A stretch of DNA of 64,000 nucleotides. Origin: a bacterium. GTDB lineage: Bacteria; Bacteroidota; Ignavibacteria; Kapaibacteriales; UBA7675. The stretch covers positions 202,447 through 266,446 of the forward strand of contig JAUIKM010000001.1 in assembly GCA_030430495.1 (NCBI GenBank), written 5' to 3'. Made by a program: the position numbers and the translations under genes. Each line of letters starts with the position of its first letter. Position 1 is the stretch's first letter. Positions 29,240-39,740 of the stretch are shown piece after piece. Under the pieces are notes generated by a model. That model was not told where the DNA came from. It searched no databases and saw only the letters and a list, made by a program, of their open reading frames with translations.

Positions 29240-29974
29240 TTATTGGCCGGCGGGCGCATCGCCGATGCCGAGCAGCTCGACGTCAAACACCAGCACGGAG
29301 TTGGCCGGGATGGCGCCGTTGCCGACTTCACGCGCACCGTAACCGAGTTCCGACGGGATCGTGAAGCGATATTTGGAACCGACGCTCATGAGTTGCAGAC
29401 CTTCCGTCCAGCCTTTGATGACCTGATTCAGGCCAAAGGAGGCGGGCTGGCCGCGATCGACGGAGGAGTCGAATTTCTCGCCGTTGGTCAGCGTGCCGGT
29501 GTAGTGCACGGTGACTTTGTCGGTTGCGGTCGGTTTCGGGCCGTCGCCTTCAACAAGCACTTCGTATTGCAGGCCGGAGGGCGTCGTCGTCACGCCGGCT
29601 TTGGCGCCGTTTTCGGCCAGGTATTTTTTGTTGTCTTCCAGCGCTTTTTGGGAGGCGCGCTCGCGGGCGGCCTGCATAAAGGCCTGGCGGATCGAATTGG
29701 CTTCCTCCGGCGTCAGGCGCGCCTGGCGGCCGTTGAGCGTGTCGGTCAGACCGGCCATGAAGGCGTCCATGTCAAAGTTTTCGGCTTCGCCCATGCGGAC
29801 GATGGAGGTTCCGACGTCAAGGCCGAGCGAGTACGCGAATTTCGACGAGTCAGTTTTGATTTCCACTTTGCTGTAGTCCGTTTTTTGAGCAGCGCCGCCG
29901 GCATCCGAGCAGGCTGAAATCAGCATGAAAATTCCAATTGTGGCGACGATCGCCCACTGTGAATAATTCCTCAT
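29240..29974 (-). CDS. FKBP-type peptidyl-prolyl cis-trans isomerase (FkpA/Mip-like, probable lipoprotein)
   Basis: FKBP domain GLQYEVLVEGDGPKPTATDKVTVHYTGTLTNGEKFDSSVDRGQPASFGLNQVIKGWTEGLQLMSVGSKYRFTIPSELGYG. Signal peptide MRNYSQWAIVATIGIFMLISAC, so the start was moved in from 30052. Confidence 0.85.
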   Translation of the reverse strand: MRNYSQWAIVATIGIFMLISACSDAGGAAQKTDYSKVEIKTDSSKFAYSLGLDVGTSIVRMGEAENFDMDAFMAGLTDTLNGRQARLTPEEANSIRQAFMQAARERASQKALEDNKKYLAENGAKAGVTTTPSGLQYEVLVEGDGPKPTATDKVTVHYTGTLTNGEKFDSSVDRGQPASFGLNQVIKGWTEGLQLMSVGSKYRFTIPSELGYGAREVGNGAIPANSVLVFDVELLGIGDAPAGQ

Positions 29975-30295
29975 AAAGTTCTGTCCTTGAGTCAGTGCAC
30001 GGGGCTGTGCGCCGCGCCTCTGGTTGGAAAATGAATCAGCGGCAATCGACATCTTTTATCAGCATCCGCCGAAATCCTGTGCGCCGGTGACTGTGTACGA
30101 TGTCGCAGTTCGGGAAGAGTCAACATGAACTTCCGGCGTCGGCGCCTCTGATGATGTATTGTCGTCGCATCCGATGAGGAAAGCAACGGAAACCACGAAA
30201 CTACGAAAAAAGCAGGTGACGCCCGCACGTGCTTTGCATCGGCCTTTGCGCTCGCCTGTGTATCTTTGTGTTTTTGCTCCGCAAATTTGAGGTTC

Positions 30296-31087
30296 ATGGT
30301 GCAGGAAAAGGATCGCGAGGGCGCACTGCCGCTCTCGGTGGCCATCATTACGTTGAACGAGGCGGCCAATCTGCCGCGCACGCTGGAGTCCATTCGGTCG
30401 CTGGCAAGCGAGATTATTGTGGTTGATTCGGGGTCACAGGACGAGACCTGCGCACTTGCCGCCTCGTACGGTGCACGGGTTGAGTTCCGCGCCTGGACGG
30501 GGCACATCGATCAAAAAAATCACGCACTTGGACTTTGTTCGCAGGAGTGGGTCCTTGCACTCGACGCCGATGAGGAGCTCACGCCGGAGTGCGCCGCCTC
30601 CATTCGTCGCGCCGTCACGGACAATCGGGGCGCTGCGTGGCGCATCAATCGCCGCACGTTTTATCTGGGGAAACTGTTGAGATATTCCTGGCAGCCGGAC
30701 CGCAAACTGCGGTTGGTACGGCGCGATACGGGCGCGCGCTGGAGCGGCTACGATCCACACGACAAATTGGTGGTGGAGAACACAACTGTCGGCGATCTTA
30801 GCGGCGATGTGATCCACTATTCCTATCGCGACCTGCAGGACCACATGGAACGCAGCGTGCGCTACGCCAAAATCAGCGCGACGAGTTACGCGCGCATGGG
30901 CCGCCGTTTTTCCTTTGCCCGCCTGCTGATCAATCCCTTGTTTGCTTTTGTGAAAAAATACTTCCTGCGTCGCGGATGTCTGGACGGCTGGCGCGGTCTG
31001 CTTGTGGCCGGCAGCGCGGCCTGGTCCGTGGCGCTCAAATACTGGTTTCTGCGGGAGCTGGAGCAGCGCGACACACTGAACGATTAA
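30296..31087 (+). CDS. Family 2 glycosyltransferase (LPS-core-type, KdtX/WaaE-like)
   Basis: LSVAIITLNEAANLPRTLESI...IIVVDSGSQDET...LALDADEEL (DxD). The ATG at 30296 is preferred over the TTG at 30266. Confidence 0.8.
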   Translation: MVQEKDREGALPLSVAIITLNEAANLPRTLESIRSLASEIIVVDSGSQDETCALAASYGARVEFRAWTGHIDQKNHALGLCSQEWVLALDADEELTPECAASIRRAVTDNRGAAWRINRRTFYLGKLLRYSWQPDRKLRLVRRDTGARWSGYDPHDKLVVENTTVGDLSGDVIHYSYRDLQDHMERSVRYAKISATSYARMGRRFSFARLLINPLFAFVKKYFLRRGCLDGWRGLLVAGSAAWSVALKYWFLRELEQRDTLND

Positions 31088-31467
31088 CCGCGCGCGACTC
31101 ACTTAAACATATCTCTGTTTAACCCTGATGACTTTTTTGTTAACCATCGGGTGCGAAACGCCGATTCATTGCGGGAGAAGTCTGCGGCGCTCCGCGCCGC
31201 CTTGTCGGCGGGCTGGAAGCAGCCGAGTCTGTTTTCCAGCCGGGAAACCTGAATGCCGGTAGTCCAGTTAATCCACATAAAAACATTGAGATCCGGATTG
31301 GATCTATTGCACACCGAACTGCCGCGACGTGATTGTCCTGTGCACGTAATTCCACGAAATGATGTCCGTTTAACAGCGAAAATCAACCGTTCACACAGAT
31401 TTCCGGCTACGTTCAGTTTTTCAGCACTTGAATTGAAAGATGTTGCTTGTATACTGCAGGCGATAGA

Positions 31468-31640
31468 TCGCGCGCCGGCAGCGAGAATCCGCGACCGAAT
31501 GACTCAAAAAAATCTGCACTGATGCAGGGTGGGAGGAGTGCGTTTGAGCGTGGAGGTATCACCCGTGGCGGCGGCGGGGAGGTCCCCTGATCTAGCCGGA
31601 AGTACGCCCAAAAATGTTCAAGCTCCCGCTCAACACAAAC
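31468..31640. repeat. Dispersed conserved intergenic element, family B copy 2 (long form with shared 40-nt 5' extension cgcgcgccggcagcgagRatccgcgaccgaatgactc)
   Basis: Near-identical to 52902-53070 over ~165 nt and to 10370-10495 over ~105 nt. Confidence 0.6.
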
Positions 31641-31956
31641 AAACGCCCGCACAGCCACCTATACCGCCCGCTGATCGACTCTCTCAGTTTCACCGGACAA
31701 CGCGGCGTTCAAAATCTGCACCTCACCCGAACGGCCGGTCGTTCGCGATTAACTCCGCGACAAAACCTGCGAGCGTCTCGTTGGTTCCGACGTCCGGACA
31801 TACCTGAGCGATGCCGAAGCTCCGGCGCAGATGAAAAAGGCGCTACAGCGGCCGAGACACAAACGCGAATACATCAAACGCGATGACCCATTCCCTTAAT
31901 CAATTGATTTGAACGCGTCGCCGACCCGGGGCGCGGGGGATTTATGTGTTGCGTTG

Positions 31957-32130
31957 GATTTGGGCTCGATGACTTTGGGCTCGACGGCTGGTTCCGGGAC
32001 TCGGCCGCTTCGCACCGGTCACGCACGCGGGACCTGGAGGTTTTGGGCTCGACGGCTGGTTCCGGGACTCGGCTGCTTCGCACCGGTCACGCACGCGGGA
32101 CCTGGAGGTTTTGGGCTCGACGGCTGCCCG
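31957..32130. repeat. Tandem direct repeat, 68-nt unit (ttgggctcgacggctggttccgggactcggcYgcttcgcaccggtcacgcacgcgggacctggaggtt) x ~2.4
   Basis: Two full units differ by a single C/T, plus a truncated third. It lies in the 1.2-kb non-coding region upstream of the 32276 kinase gene. Confidence 0.75.
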
Positions 32131-32275
32131 ATGACTCTGAACTTCTGACTCTGTGGCAAACAAGAAGCGGCTGTTGCATAATCAGAAAGAATGATCGGGC
32201 GTGTTTGACAATGTCAGGTGAGTTGCGTTTATTGCCGCGCAGTCCGGTTTCGGCACCAGGTGGAATCCAATTTCC

Positions 32276-34573
32276 GTGAATAAACCACAAAAGAGACTTA
32301 TCGATCGGGCGGCATCCCTGTTTGAAGCCGATGAGCCTGCGCATCTGTGTATCGCCGCCGACGGAAGAGTATTGGAGGCGGACGACGCTGCGGTGGAAAT
32401 GCTGGGGCGGCCGCGGTCCGATCTGACCGGCCGCGTCTATCGCGATATTCTTGTCTTACTCGATCCGCAGAGCCGCAGCTACATCCAGCATATCGTCGAA
32501 GAGTGTCTGTGCGGTGCGCCCGACAACAGCTTGCGACGCGCGTGCATGCTGGCCCTCCAGAGCGGTCGCGAACTGGCTGTCCGCGTAGAGTTGCGCCTGC
32601 TGTGCGAATCCGGTGCGCGCGTGGCCTTTGTGCGACTGCGACGCATTGAGCGAATTGAAGCGGCAGCAGAGCCGCGGATTGCACGACAAATCAGTCATTA
32701 CAGCGCCTCGCTGGACCTCATGCCGGACAGCATCTGTGAACTGGATCGCAACGGAACGATCCTGTTTCACAATCATCCGCCGCTGGGGCTGCCGGCCATC
32801 GATTATCGCGGCCGCAATCTGTTTGACCTGCTCGAAGAAAATATGCGCCACATTCTGCGGCGCGCACTCGATCAGGCGCATGCCGGCGGCAAAGCCGCGC
32901 CGTTTGAAATCCGCAGCAAGGTGGACGGCCGCACGCGCTGGTGGAACGGCATTGTGATTCCGCACGAAGTCGACAGCGGCATCCGCCGGTTTGTCTGTCT
33001 GGGACGCGACGTCAGCGCCGCCCGCCAACTTCAGGAAGAACGCGAGCGGCACCTGCGCGCGCTGCAGGAACTGGACCGGCTGAGTCGCCGGATGGCGGCG
33101 ATGCAGGACGTGGACGATATCGACGACACCATTGCGGATGCGCTGCGCTCGATGCTTGACTGCGATCGCGTTTACCTGCTGGCGCTCGACCGCGACACAA
33201 TGCGCGAGGCGGACGTGGTGGCCGAATCGCGCGGCGAACAAATGGAAACGCTGACGCCGGACCGCCGACTACACCTGACTGACGCGGTGGCCGCGCGCTT
33301 CCGCCAGGTGTTTTCATCGGGTGTGACGCTGCGCTTTGATCCGGAAACCGGTCGGCAGATTCAGCACCCCGCACAGGAAGACGCGGCCGGCAGCGAGATG
33401 CCTACCTGCGTCACGGAACAGCCAAACGGCATCTGGTTTCTGGGCGCGCACAGTTCCGATGCGGCGCGTGTCTGGCGCACCTGGGAGTTCAGGCTGATTC
33501 GCAATGTGGCCGAGCGCCTTGATAATCATATTCAGCGCATGCTGCTGCTGCGCGCCCTGCGGCGCAACGAACACCGCTTTCGCGTGCTGGCGGAGATTGC
33601 GACCGATTTCTGTTTTCACGTGGTCATTGACAAAACCGGTGCGGAGAACATCCTGTGGCACACGGATGCGGTGCGGGAATTTACGGGGTTTTCAGCCGCC
33701 GAACTGGCCGCCAACGGATTGCTGAAAACGCTGTTCGGCGCGGAGAGCGAGCGCGTGGTGGAACATCTGCGCGTCGGACGTTTTCCGGAGCGTCGCGAGC
33801 GCACATGGCGGCCGGAACGCGCGCGCAAACGCCAGGTTGTCGACATGCTGCGGGCGCGCAGGCAGGACGACGGCTTTCACATTTTTGGCGCGATCCGCGA
33901 TGTCTCGGCGCACTATGCCATCCAGGAGCGGCTTCAGGCGGGAATGATTGAGCAGGAAGCAATGGTGCGGGAGATTCATCACCGCGTTAAAAACAACCTG
34001 CAAATTGTTTCCAGTTTGTTGAATATCCAGATGCGAACAATCAAAGAAGAGCATTATCGTTCGATCTTTCGCGAAAGCCGCTCCAGGATTCGCAGCATGG
34101 CTCTGATTCACGACAAACTGTACCATTCAGACAACCTTGCCCGCATCGACTTCAGCACCTATGTGCACAGCCTTGTGCGCGAACTGCGCCGCAGCTTCGG
34201 ATTGCGCGAAGGCAGCGTGGCGACCGACGTTGACATCGACCATCTTTACCTGGGTGTACAACAGGCCGTACCCTGCGGACTCGTAATCAACGAATTGGTC
34301 AACAATTCCCTGAAGTACGCGTTTCCGGAGGAGTGGCGCGGCGGCGGCCGCCAGGCGCGAATCAACATCGCCATGCGAGTCGATCCCGACGAAGCCGGCC
34401 GCACGTATCGCCTGACAATTTCCGATAACGGGGTGGGGCTGCCCGCAACGGCCACGACGACGCCCAGGCATACCGCCATCGGACTGCAATTGGTGAACAT
34501 GTTACTCAAGCAGATCGACGGCACGCTGCGTGTTGACAGACAACATGGCACATCCTGCGAGATTCGATTTTGA
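32276..34573 (+). CDS. PAS/GAF sensor histidine kinase of the HisKA_2 (HWE/'IHHRVKNNLQ') family
   Basis: Phosphoacceptor box EIHHRVKNNLQIVSSLLNIQ. ATPase: GLVINELVNNSLKYAF...ISDNGVGLP...GLQLVNMLLKQIDGTL. N-terminal PAS-like segments. Confidence 0.85.
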   Translation: MNKPQKRLIDRAASLFEADEPAHLCIAADGRVLEADDAAVEMLGRPRSDLTGRVYRDILVLLDPQSRSYIQHIVEECLCGAPDNSLRRACMLALQSGRELAVRVELRLLCESGARVAFVRLRRIERIEAAAEPRIARQISHYSASLDLMPDSICELDRNGTILFHNHPPLGLPAIDYRGRNLFDLLEENMRHILRRALDQAHAGGKAAPFEIRSKVDGRTRWWNGIVIPHEVDSGIRRFVCLGRDVSAARQLQEERERHLRALQELDRLSRRMAAMQDVDDIDDTIADALRSMLDCDRVYLLALDRDTMREADVVAESRGEQMETLTPDRRLHLTDAVAARFRQVFSSGVTLRFDPETGRQIQHPAQEDAAGSEMPTCVTEQPNGIWFLGAHSSDAARVWRTWEFRLIRNVAERLDNHIQRMLLLRALRRNEHRFRVLAEIATDFCFHVVIDKTGAENILWHTDAVREFTGFSAAELAANGLLKTLFGAESERVVEHLRVGRFPERRERTWRPERARKRQVVDMLRARRQDDGFHIFGAIRDVSAHYAIQERLQAGMIEQEAMVREIHHRVKNNLQIVSSLLNIQMRTIKEEHYRSIFRESRSRIRSMALIHDKLYHSDNLARIDFSTYVHSLVRELRRSFGLREGSVATDVDIDHLYLGVQQAVPCGLVINELVNNSLKYAFPEEWRGGGRQARINIAMRVDPDEAGRTYRLTISDNGVGLPATATTTPRHTAIGLQLVNMLLKQIDGTLRVDRQHGTSCEIRF

Positions 34574-34610
34574 GTGACCATTCGCACACGGAATTCCGGA
34601 GAAGCCAGTT

Positions 34611-37600
34611 ATGCCGGACACCAGCATTCTGCTCGTAGAAGACGAAGCGATTATCGCGCACGATATCAGCGATTATCTGCGTTCGCGCGGCTTCCGCGTC
34701 AGCGGCCCGGCGGACAGCTACGGCGATGCCCTGAACCTGGCGCGGGCTGAACGGCCCGACGTAGCCTTAATCGACATCAGGCTGAAACACTCCGGCCGCG
34801 ACGGCATCGATCTTGCCGGCGCCCTGGCGCAGTACGACATACCAACCGTCTTTCTGACTTCGCATTCAGACGACAATACTCTTGAGCGCGCCCGGCAGAC
34901 GCGGCCCTACGCCTACGTCCTGAAACCCTATAACGAACGCGAACTCGAGCTGGCGCTCACAACGGCCGTGCAGCGCAGCAAAGCCGACCGGGAAGGGCGG
35001 CGTCTGCAGCAACTCATGTTTGCGGTCCTGGGCAGTGTGTCCGACGCGCTGATCGCCCTGGCGAGCGACGGCAGCATAGTGTTTTCCAACGATGCGGCCT
35101 GCGCCCGCTTCGGGCTCAATTCAGACGCCATCGCCGGTCGTCGCATCGTCGACATCATCGAGTTTGGCCCGATGGAGGGCGGCGCGCGTCGTGCGCCGGA
35201 TCCGGACTTCCTGGCGCGCAGCGCCGCCGGCTCGGAACCACAACGCGGCCTGCTGTTTTGCGGAACATCTCCGGGCGTGCCGGTCGAACTGAGCGTTAAA
35301 GCGGTTCAAAACTCGGAGCCGCTCTCCTTCATGTTGTCCATAGCGGACATCAGCGCCGAACACCAGGCCAACCTGGAACTCAAGCGTCGCAGCGCGTTTC
35401 TGCGCACGGTGGTCGACGGAATCCTTGACTCTTTGCTTGTCATCGAGGTTGATGCCGATCAGCGCCTGAAATGCTCCTACGTCAACCCGGCTTATACCGA
35501 ACTCACCGGACAGCGCGCGGACGAAATCGAAGGCGGAATGCTCGAAGATTTCATGCCCAAGCAAGACCTCGAACGACTGCGCCCCCAGGTCCTGAACCTG
35601 GTGGAAACCGGCGTCCCACGAAAATTCGAGACGGAGGTGCTGACTCCATCCGGCCCCAAACCGATGATTACCCAGCTGACGCGCGTGGAAGTACGCGACG
35701 GCATCACGACCATCGTCGCGGCGCGACGCGATATCAGCGCTCAGCGACAGGCTGAAACCACGTTGCAGTATCGCTTCAGGCTGGAACAGCTAATCTCCGC
35801 CATATCAAAGGGTTTCGTCAGCTCAGAGCTGCACATGCTCGACCGCGAAATCGTCAACGCGCTGGAAAATGTGTCGCGTTTCATGGGTTTTTCGGTCGCC
35901 GCCGTCTTCCAGCTGGACCCCGAGTCCGAGACGCTGCGCAACCAACACCGCTGGGCGGCCGAAACCGCCGGTGCCGGCGCGCTCGAGTTCGATGACGGGA
36001 TTTGTCGCGAACTCACGGCAAACATGGACAGCAACAGTCCCGTTCTCCTGCATGCCGGCGATTTGGCGGACTCCGCATTGCTCCACGCCTGGATGCGGAC
36101 ACATGACATCCAGCGTGTCCGGCTGCTGCCGCTCAAAGCCGAGCAAGGCATCTTCGGCATGCTGCTCTTTGGTGAAAACAGCCCCGACGTCAGCCTCGAC
36201 ACACATGCCAACGCCGGAATCGAAATTATTGCCGAGCTCATCGCCAATGCCGAAACGCGCCGACGCATCCACATGAACCTCCGCAAAAGCGAGGACTACC
36301 TGACTCTGGCTCAGAACGTCGCCGGCATTGGAAGCTGGGAGTACAGCCCCGGCAGCAACATCACGACCACCGGTGAAGAACTGGACAAACTTTTTGGACT
36401 GACGCGCAAAAACAAACCGCAGACATTCCGCGCCTGGCGCAAGGTCATCCACGAAGAAGACCGCAACCGCGTGGTGACCGGGATTATCAATGCCCTGCGC
36501 GACGGCAAACACTACTCCACCATGTACAGGATTGTCCGTTCCGACGGCGAGTCGCGCTGGCATCAACTGAAGGCGCGCGTTGTGCGCGACATTTTCGGCG
36601 AAAACAAACTCATCGCCGTCAACTATGACATTACCGACAGAAAAGTCAGCCGAGACAAACTCCAGGCCAGCGAGCGGCGCTACCGTCAGCTGGTTGAAGC
36701 GACGCCCGACGGCATCATCGTGCACCGCCGCAATCGCATTCTCTATTCCAATCCGTCCGCGGCCCGCATGCTGGGGGCGGACAAACCGGCCGATCTCGTG
36801 GGCATGGCCGTCATGGATTTTGTGCACCCCGACTATCGCGAGTTCGTCGCCAGACGCGTCGCCGAAGTGCAAAACAGCAGTGTTGCCGCGCCGCTGGCGG
36901 AAGAAAAACTGCTGCGGATGGACGGCACGCCCATCGACGTGGAAATTGTCGGTATTGCCGTTCGATACGATGAAGAATCGGCCACTCAGGCGATCATCCG
37001 CGATATTACCGAACGCAAACTGACGCAGCTGCGCCTGCGCGAAAGCGAGGAAAAACTGCGCCTGATGGTCGAGCACGCCAACGATACGATCTTCACGCTG
37101 CGCCCCGACTACGAAATCAGCTACATCTCGCCGGCTATCCAGAATCAGCTCGGTTTCGAGCCCGAATTTCTGATCGGTCGGCCGCTGCAACGCTGGGTGC
37201 ACGGCGAGGACATGACCGCCCTGGAAGCCGCCCTGGAGACGCTGGAAGCGCGGCCCGAAGAACGCATCGAAGTCGAATATCGCATCCGCAATGTCATGCG
37301 CGAATGGCGCTGGCACTCGACGACGCTCTCGGTTATCACCGACGGTGTCGAGTACATTCAGGGATTTGTCGGCGTGTCCAAGGACATCACGCTGCGCAAG
37401 GAAATGGAGGTGGCCCTGCGCTCCTCCGAGCAGGAAATGCGCAATGTGTTTGAGCATGCCCATGACGCCATCCTGATTCTCGATGAACAGGGCGAGTCGA
37501 TCCTGGATGTCAACGAACGCGCCTGCGAGCTCTACGGCTATACGCGCCGCACATTCAAACTCATGACCCCGGCAGGCCTCGTCGCCGCCTCCGGCGGCGG

Positions 37601-38996
37601 CGACGAGTATTTCAGCGCCACCGTGGCCGGCAAGTCTTTCAACTCCTGCGTCACGACGCACCTGCGAGCCGACGGCGCGGAAGTTGTGCTCGAAGTGCAC
37701 TCGTCCATGATCAGCTTCAGAGGGCGGCCCGCCGTGCTCTGCTCGCTGCGCGACATCACCGAGCGAATGGCGGCCCAGGAGGAAATCCGCAAACTCTCGC
37801 TCGTGGCCAGCAACACCAGCAACGGGGTTGTGATCGCCGGCAGGGAAGGTCGCGTCGAATGGGTCAACGAGGGTTTTACGCGCATCAGCGGCTACCGCCT
37901 GGACGACGTCATCGGTCGTCACCTCGGCGACCTGAAGGCGGGCGCCGCCACCGATCCCGCGGTGCTCACCGACATCGCCGCGGCCGTCAGGCAGGGACGT
38001 CCGTTCGATGCTGAAATCCTGAACTACAATGCCGACGGCGGCACGTATTGGGCGCAGCTCCAGATTGCGCCGATGGAAGGCGTCGAAGATACCGGCGGCG
38101 GCAACTTTGTGGTCGTTCTCACCGACATCACGGACCTCAAACACCACGAAGCCGAGTTGAAAGCCGCCAAACGCGAGCTGGAAGCGTCCAACCAGATACT
38201 CGAAATTCGCGTGGCCGAGCGCACGAACGATCTGCACATGGCCATGCGCAAACTCAGCGAAGCACTCGAAAAGGAAAAACTGCTCAACGACCTCAAATCG
38301 CGCTTCGTCAGCATGGTGTCTCACGAATTTCGCACGCCGCTCTCCAGCATTCTGGGCAGCGCCGAACTGCTCGATCGTTATCTGCTGCGCCTCGACGACA
38401 AAAGCCGCAAGGATCGTTTTCAGCAGATTTATATCGCCGTGGATCGCATGACCGAGATTCTCGACCAGGTCGTTTCGCTGAGCCAGTCGGAAGCTCTGTC
38501 GCAGTCGTTTGAGCCGCGGTCGGTTCCCATGCAGCGCTTTGTGCAGTCCACCGTCCAGCAGTTCAGGTCCGAGCACGCGCCGGAGCGCCGGATCGATTTT
38601 GTACTTTCGGGCGGCGCTACCGATACCGACGAGGCCCAGGTGGACGTCAAACTGCTCGAACCTGCGCTCATCGGCGTGCTGAAAAATGCCGTGCAGTATT
38701 CTCCGCCCGAAACTCGCGTTCTCGTCAGCCTCTACCTGGAGCGCGACGACGTCATTATCCGCGTTTCCGACAGCGGCGTCGGCATTCCGCAGGACGAGGT
38801 CAATCTGATTTTTGAGCCTTTTCACCGCGCGGCCAATGTGGAAATTGTTCCCGGCACCGGACTTGGGCTGGTTTTTGTCAAGCAGTGCGTTGAGCGCCAC
38901 GGCGGCGAAATCACCGTCGAAAGTTCGCTCGGGCAGGGTACCACGATCATTCTGAAACTGCCGCGCCACCTGGCCGAATTGCGCCACTCACCCTGA
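34611..38996 (+). CDS. Giant hybrid sensor kinase: N-terminal REC domain, then multiple PAS/GAF domains, then HisKA + HATPase_c (1461 aa)
   Basis: REC ILLVEDEAIIAHDISDYL...ALIDIRLKHSGRDGIDL. H-box MVSHEFRTPLSSILGSAELL. ATPase GTGLGLVFVKQCVERHGGEITVESSLGQGTTIILKLP. Several PAS-like repeats (e.g. RDITERK motifs recur). Confidence 0.9.
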   Translation: MPDTSILLVEDEAIIAHDISDYLRSRGFRVSGPADSYGDALNLARAERPDVALIDIRLKHSGRDGIDLAGALAQYDIPTVFLTSHSDDNTLERARQTRPYAYVLKPYNERELELALTTAVQRSKADREGRRLQQLMFAVLGSVSDALIALASDGSIVFSNDAACARFGLNSDAIAGRRIVDIIEFGPMEGGARRAPDPDFLARSAAGSEPQRGLLFCGTSPGVPVELSVKAVQNSEPLSFMLSIADISAEHQANLELKRRSAFLRTVVDGILDSLLVIEVDADQRLKCSYVNPAYTELTGQRADEIEGGMLEDFMPKQDLERLRPQVLNLVETGVPRKFETEVLTPSGPKPMITQLTRVEVRDGITTIVAARRDISAQRQAETTLQYRFRLEQLISAISKGFVSSELHMLDREIVNALENVSRFMGFSVAAVFQLDPESETLRNQHRWAAETAGAGALEFDDGICRELTANMDSNSPVLLHAGDLADSALLHAWMRTHDIQRVRLLPLKAEQGIFGMLLFGENSPDVSLDTHANAGIEIIAELIANAETRRRIHMNLRKSEDYLTLAQNVAGIGSWEYSPGSNITTTGEELDKLFGLTRKNKPQTFRAWRKVIHEEDRNRVVTGIINALRDGKHYSTMYRIVRSDGESRWHQLKARVVRDIFGENKLIAVNYDITDRKVSRDKLQASERRYRQLVEATPDGIIVHRRNRILYSNPSAARMLGADKPADLVGMAVMDFVHPDYREFVARRVAEVQNSSVAAPLAEEKLLRMDGTPIDVEIVGIAVRYDEESATQAIIRDITERKLTQLRLRESEEKLRLMVEHANDTIFTLRPDYEISYISPAIQNQLGFEPEFLIGRPLQRWVHGEDMTALEAALETLEARPEERIEVEYRIRNVMREWRWHSTTLSVITDGVEYIQGFVGVSKDITLRKEMEVALRSSEQEMRNVFEHAHDAILILDEQGESILDVNERACELYGYTRRTFKLMTPAGLVAASGGGDEYFSATVAGKSFNSCVTTHLRADGAEVVLEVHSSMISFRGRPAVLCSLRDITERMAAQEEIRKLSLVASNTSNGVVIAGREGRVEWVNEGFTRISGYRLDDVIGRHLGDLKAGAATDPAVLTDIAAAVRQGRPFDAEILNYNADGGTYWAQLQIAPMEGVEDTGGGNFVVVLTDITDLKHHEAELKAAKRELEASNQILEIRVAERTNDLHMAMRKLSEALEKEKLLNDLKSRFVSMVSHEFRTPLSSILGSAELLDRYLLRLDDKSRKDRFQQIYIAVDRMTEILDQVVSLSQSEALSQSFEPRSVPMQRFVQSTVQQFRSEHAPERRIDFVLSGGATDTDEAQVDVKLLEPALIGVLKNAVQYSPPETRVLVSLYLERDDVIIRVSDSGVGIPQDEVNLIFEPFHRAANVEIVPGTGLGLVFVKQCVERHGGEITVESSLGQGTTIILKLPRHLAELRHSP

Positions 38997-39740
38997 TTTT
39001 TTATGAATTCTCTTGTTAGTCGCGCGGTGATCGGGACTGTGTCGCCGCGCTGTTTCGGGTAGTACCGCCGCAAACGCTTAACACACTGTTGGACCTCGTT
39101 CATCCGCCGCTGGTGACCGTTCACACCGATTGTACTTGACAACGAGCGCACAATTTTGTAAATCAGAAGCCGCAAAACACAGGTCTCCACCGCACGTGGC
39201 CCGCTTGAAATCCTGATGGCGAACGACGCAGCGCAACACCCGGCGTGACCTGCGCATCGGTGGACCTCTAACATACATCTCAGCCTGGAACCCACGTTAT
39301 GTTGCATACATCAAACCAACAAAGCCTTGACGGCGAATCGAACGTCCGCAGGATCATCAGTCCAAATTCCGACCAGAATCACATCATAACCTCTATACGC
39401 GGCCGCCGCAGTACCGGCTTTCTGTTGACAAGGCGCAATGCCGACGGTTTGCTGACTACGAACTATCACCTGCGTGACGAACAAGGAAATGTCAGGAAAG
39501 GGCGCGTGGATCAGCAGGCGTCGGACGTAACGTCACCGCCACGCCAATCCGGATCAGATCCCGCGGGGGGAATGAACAGGCAAGAATTTTCGTAACTTGA
39601 TCTCGGTACAGATTCTTTGCGATTGAGTCGTGGCGACAGTGCGGAGTAACAGTCGTATCCGCGTTGCCGTTGTGTGTTTTGATTCCCTGGCTCGATTTTT
39701 GAGCAGTTGCAGCTTTTCGACCGAAGCGGTACATACCTGA

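Noticed and set aside
31957-32130. tRNA-like sequence (ggttccgggactcgg resembling a T-arm) inside the 68-nt tandem repeat
   Set aside because: No acceptor or anticodon stems could be folded around it, and it is duplicated as part of a tandem repeat. No tRNA or rRNA genes were found anywhere in the window.
35823-38987. 1054-aa minus-strand ORF, and similar long antisense ORFs (2378..4123, 5305..6360, 26563..28260, 51385..52506, 59778..62729)
   Set aside because: Each lies antisense to a gene with clear domain content. These are typical stop-poor shadow frames of high-GC DNA. Their translations are low-complexity (R/A/G-rich) with no recognisable motifs.
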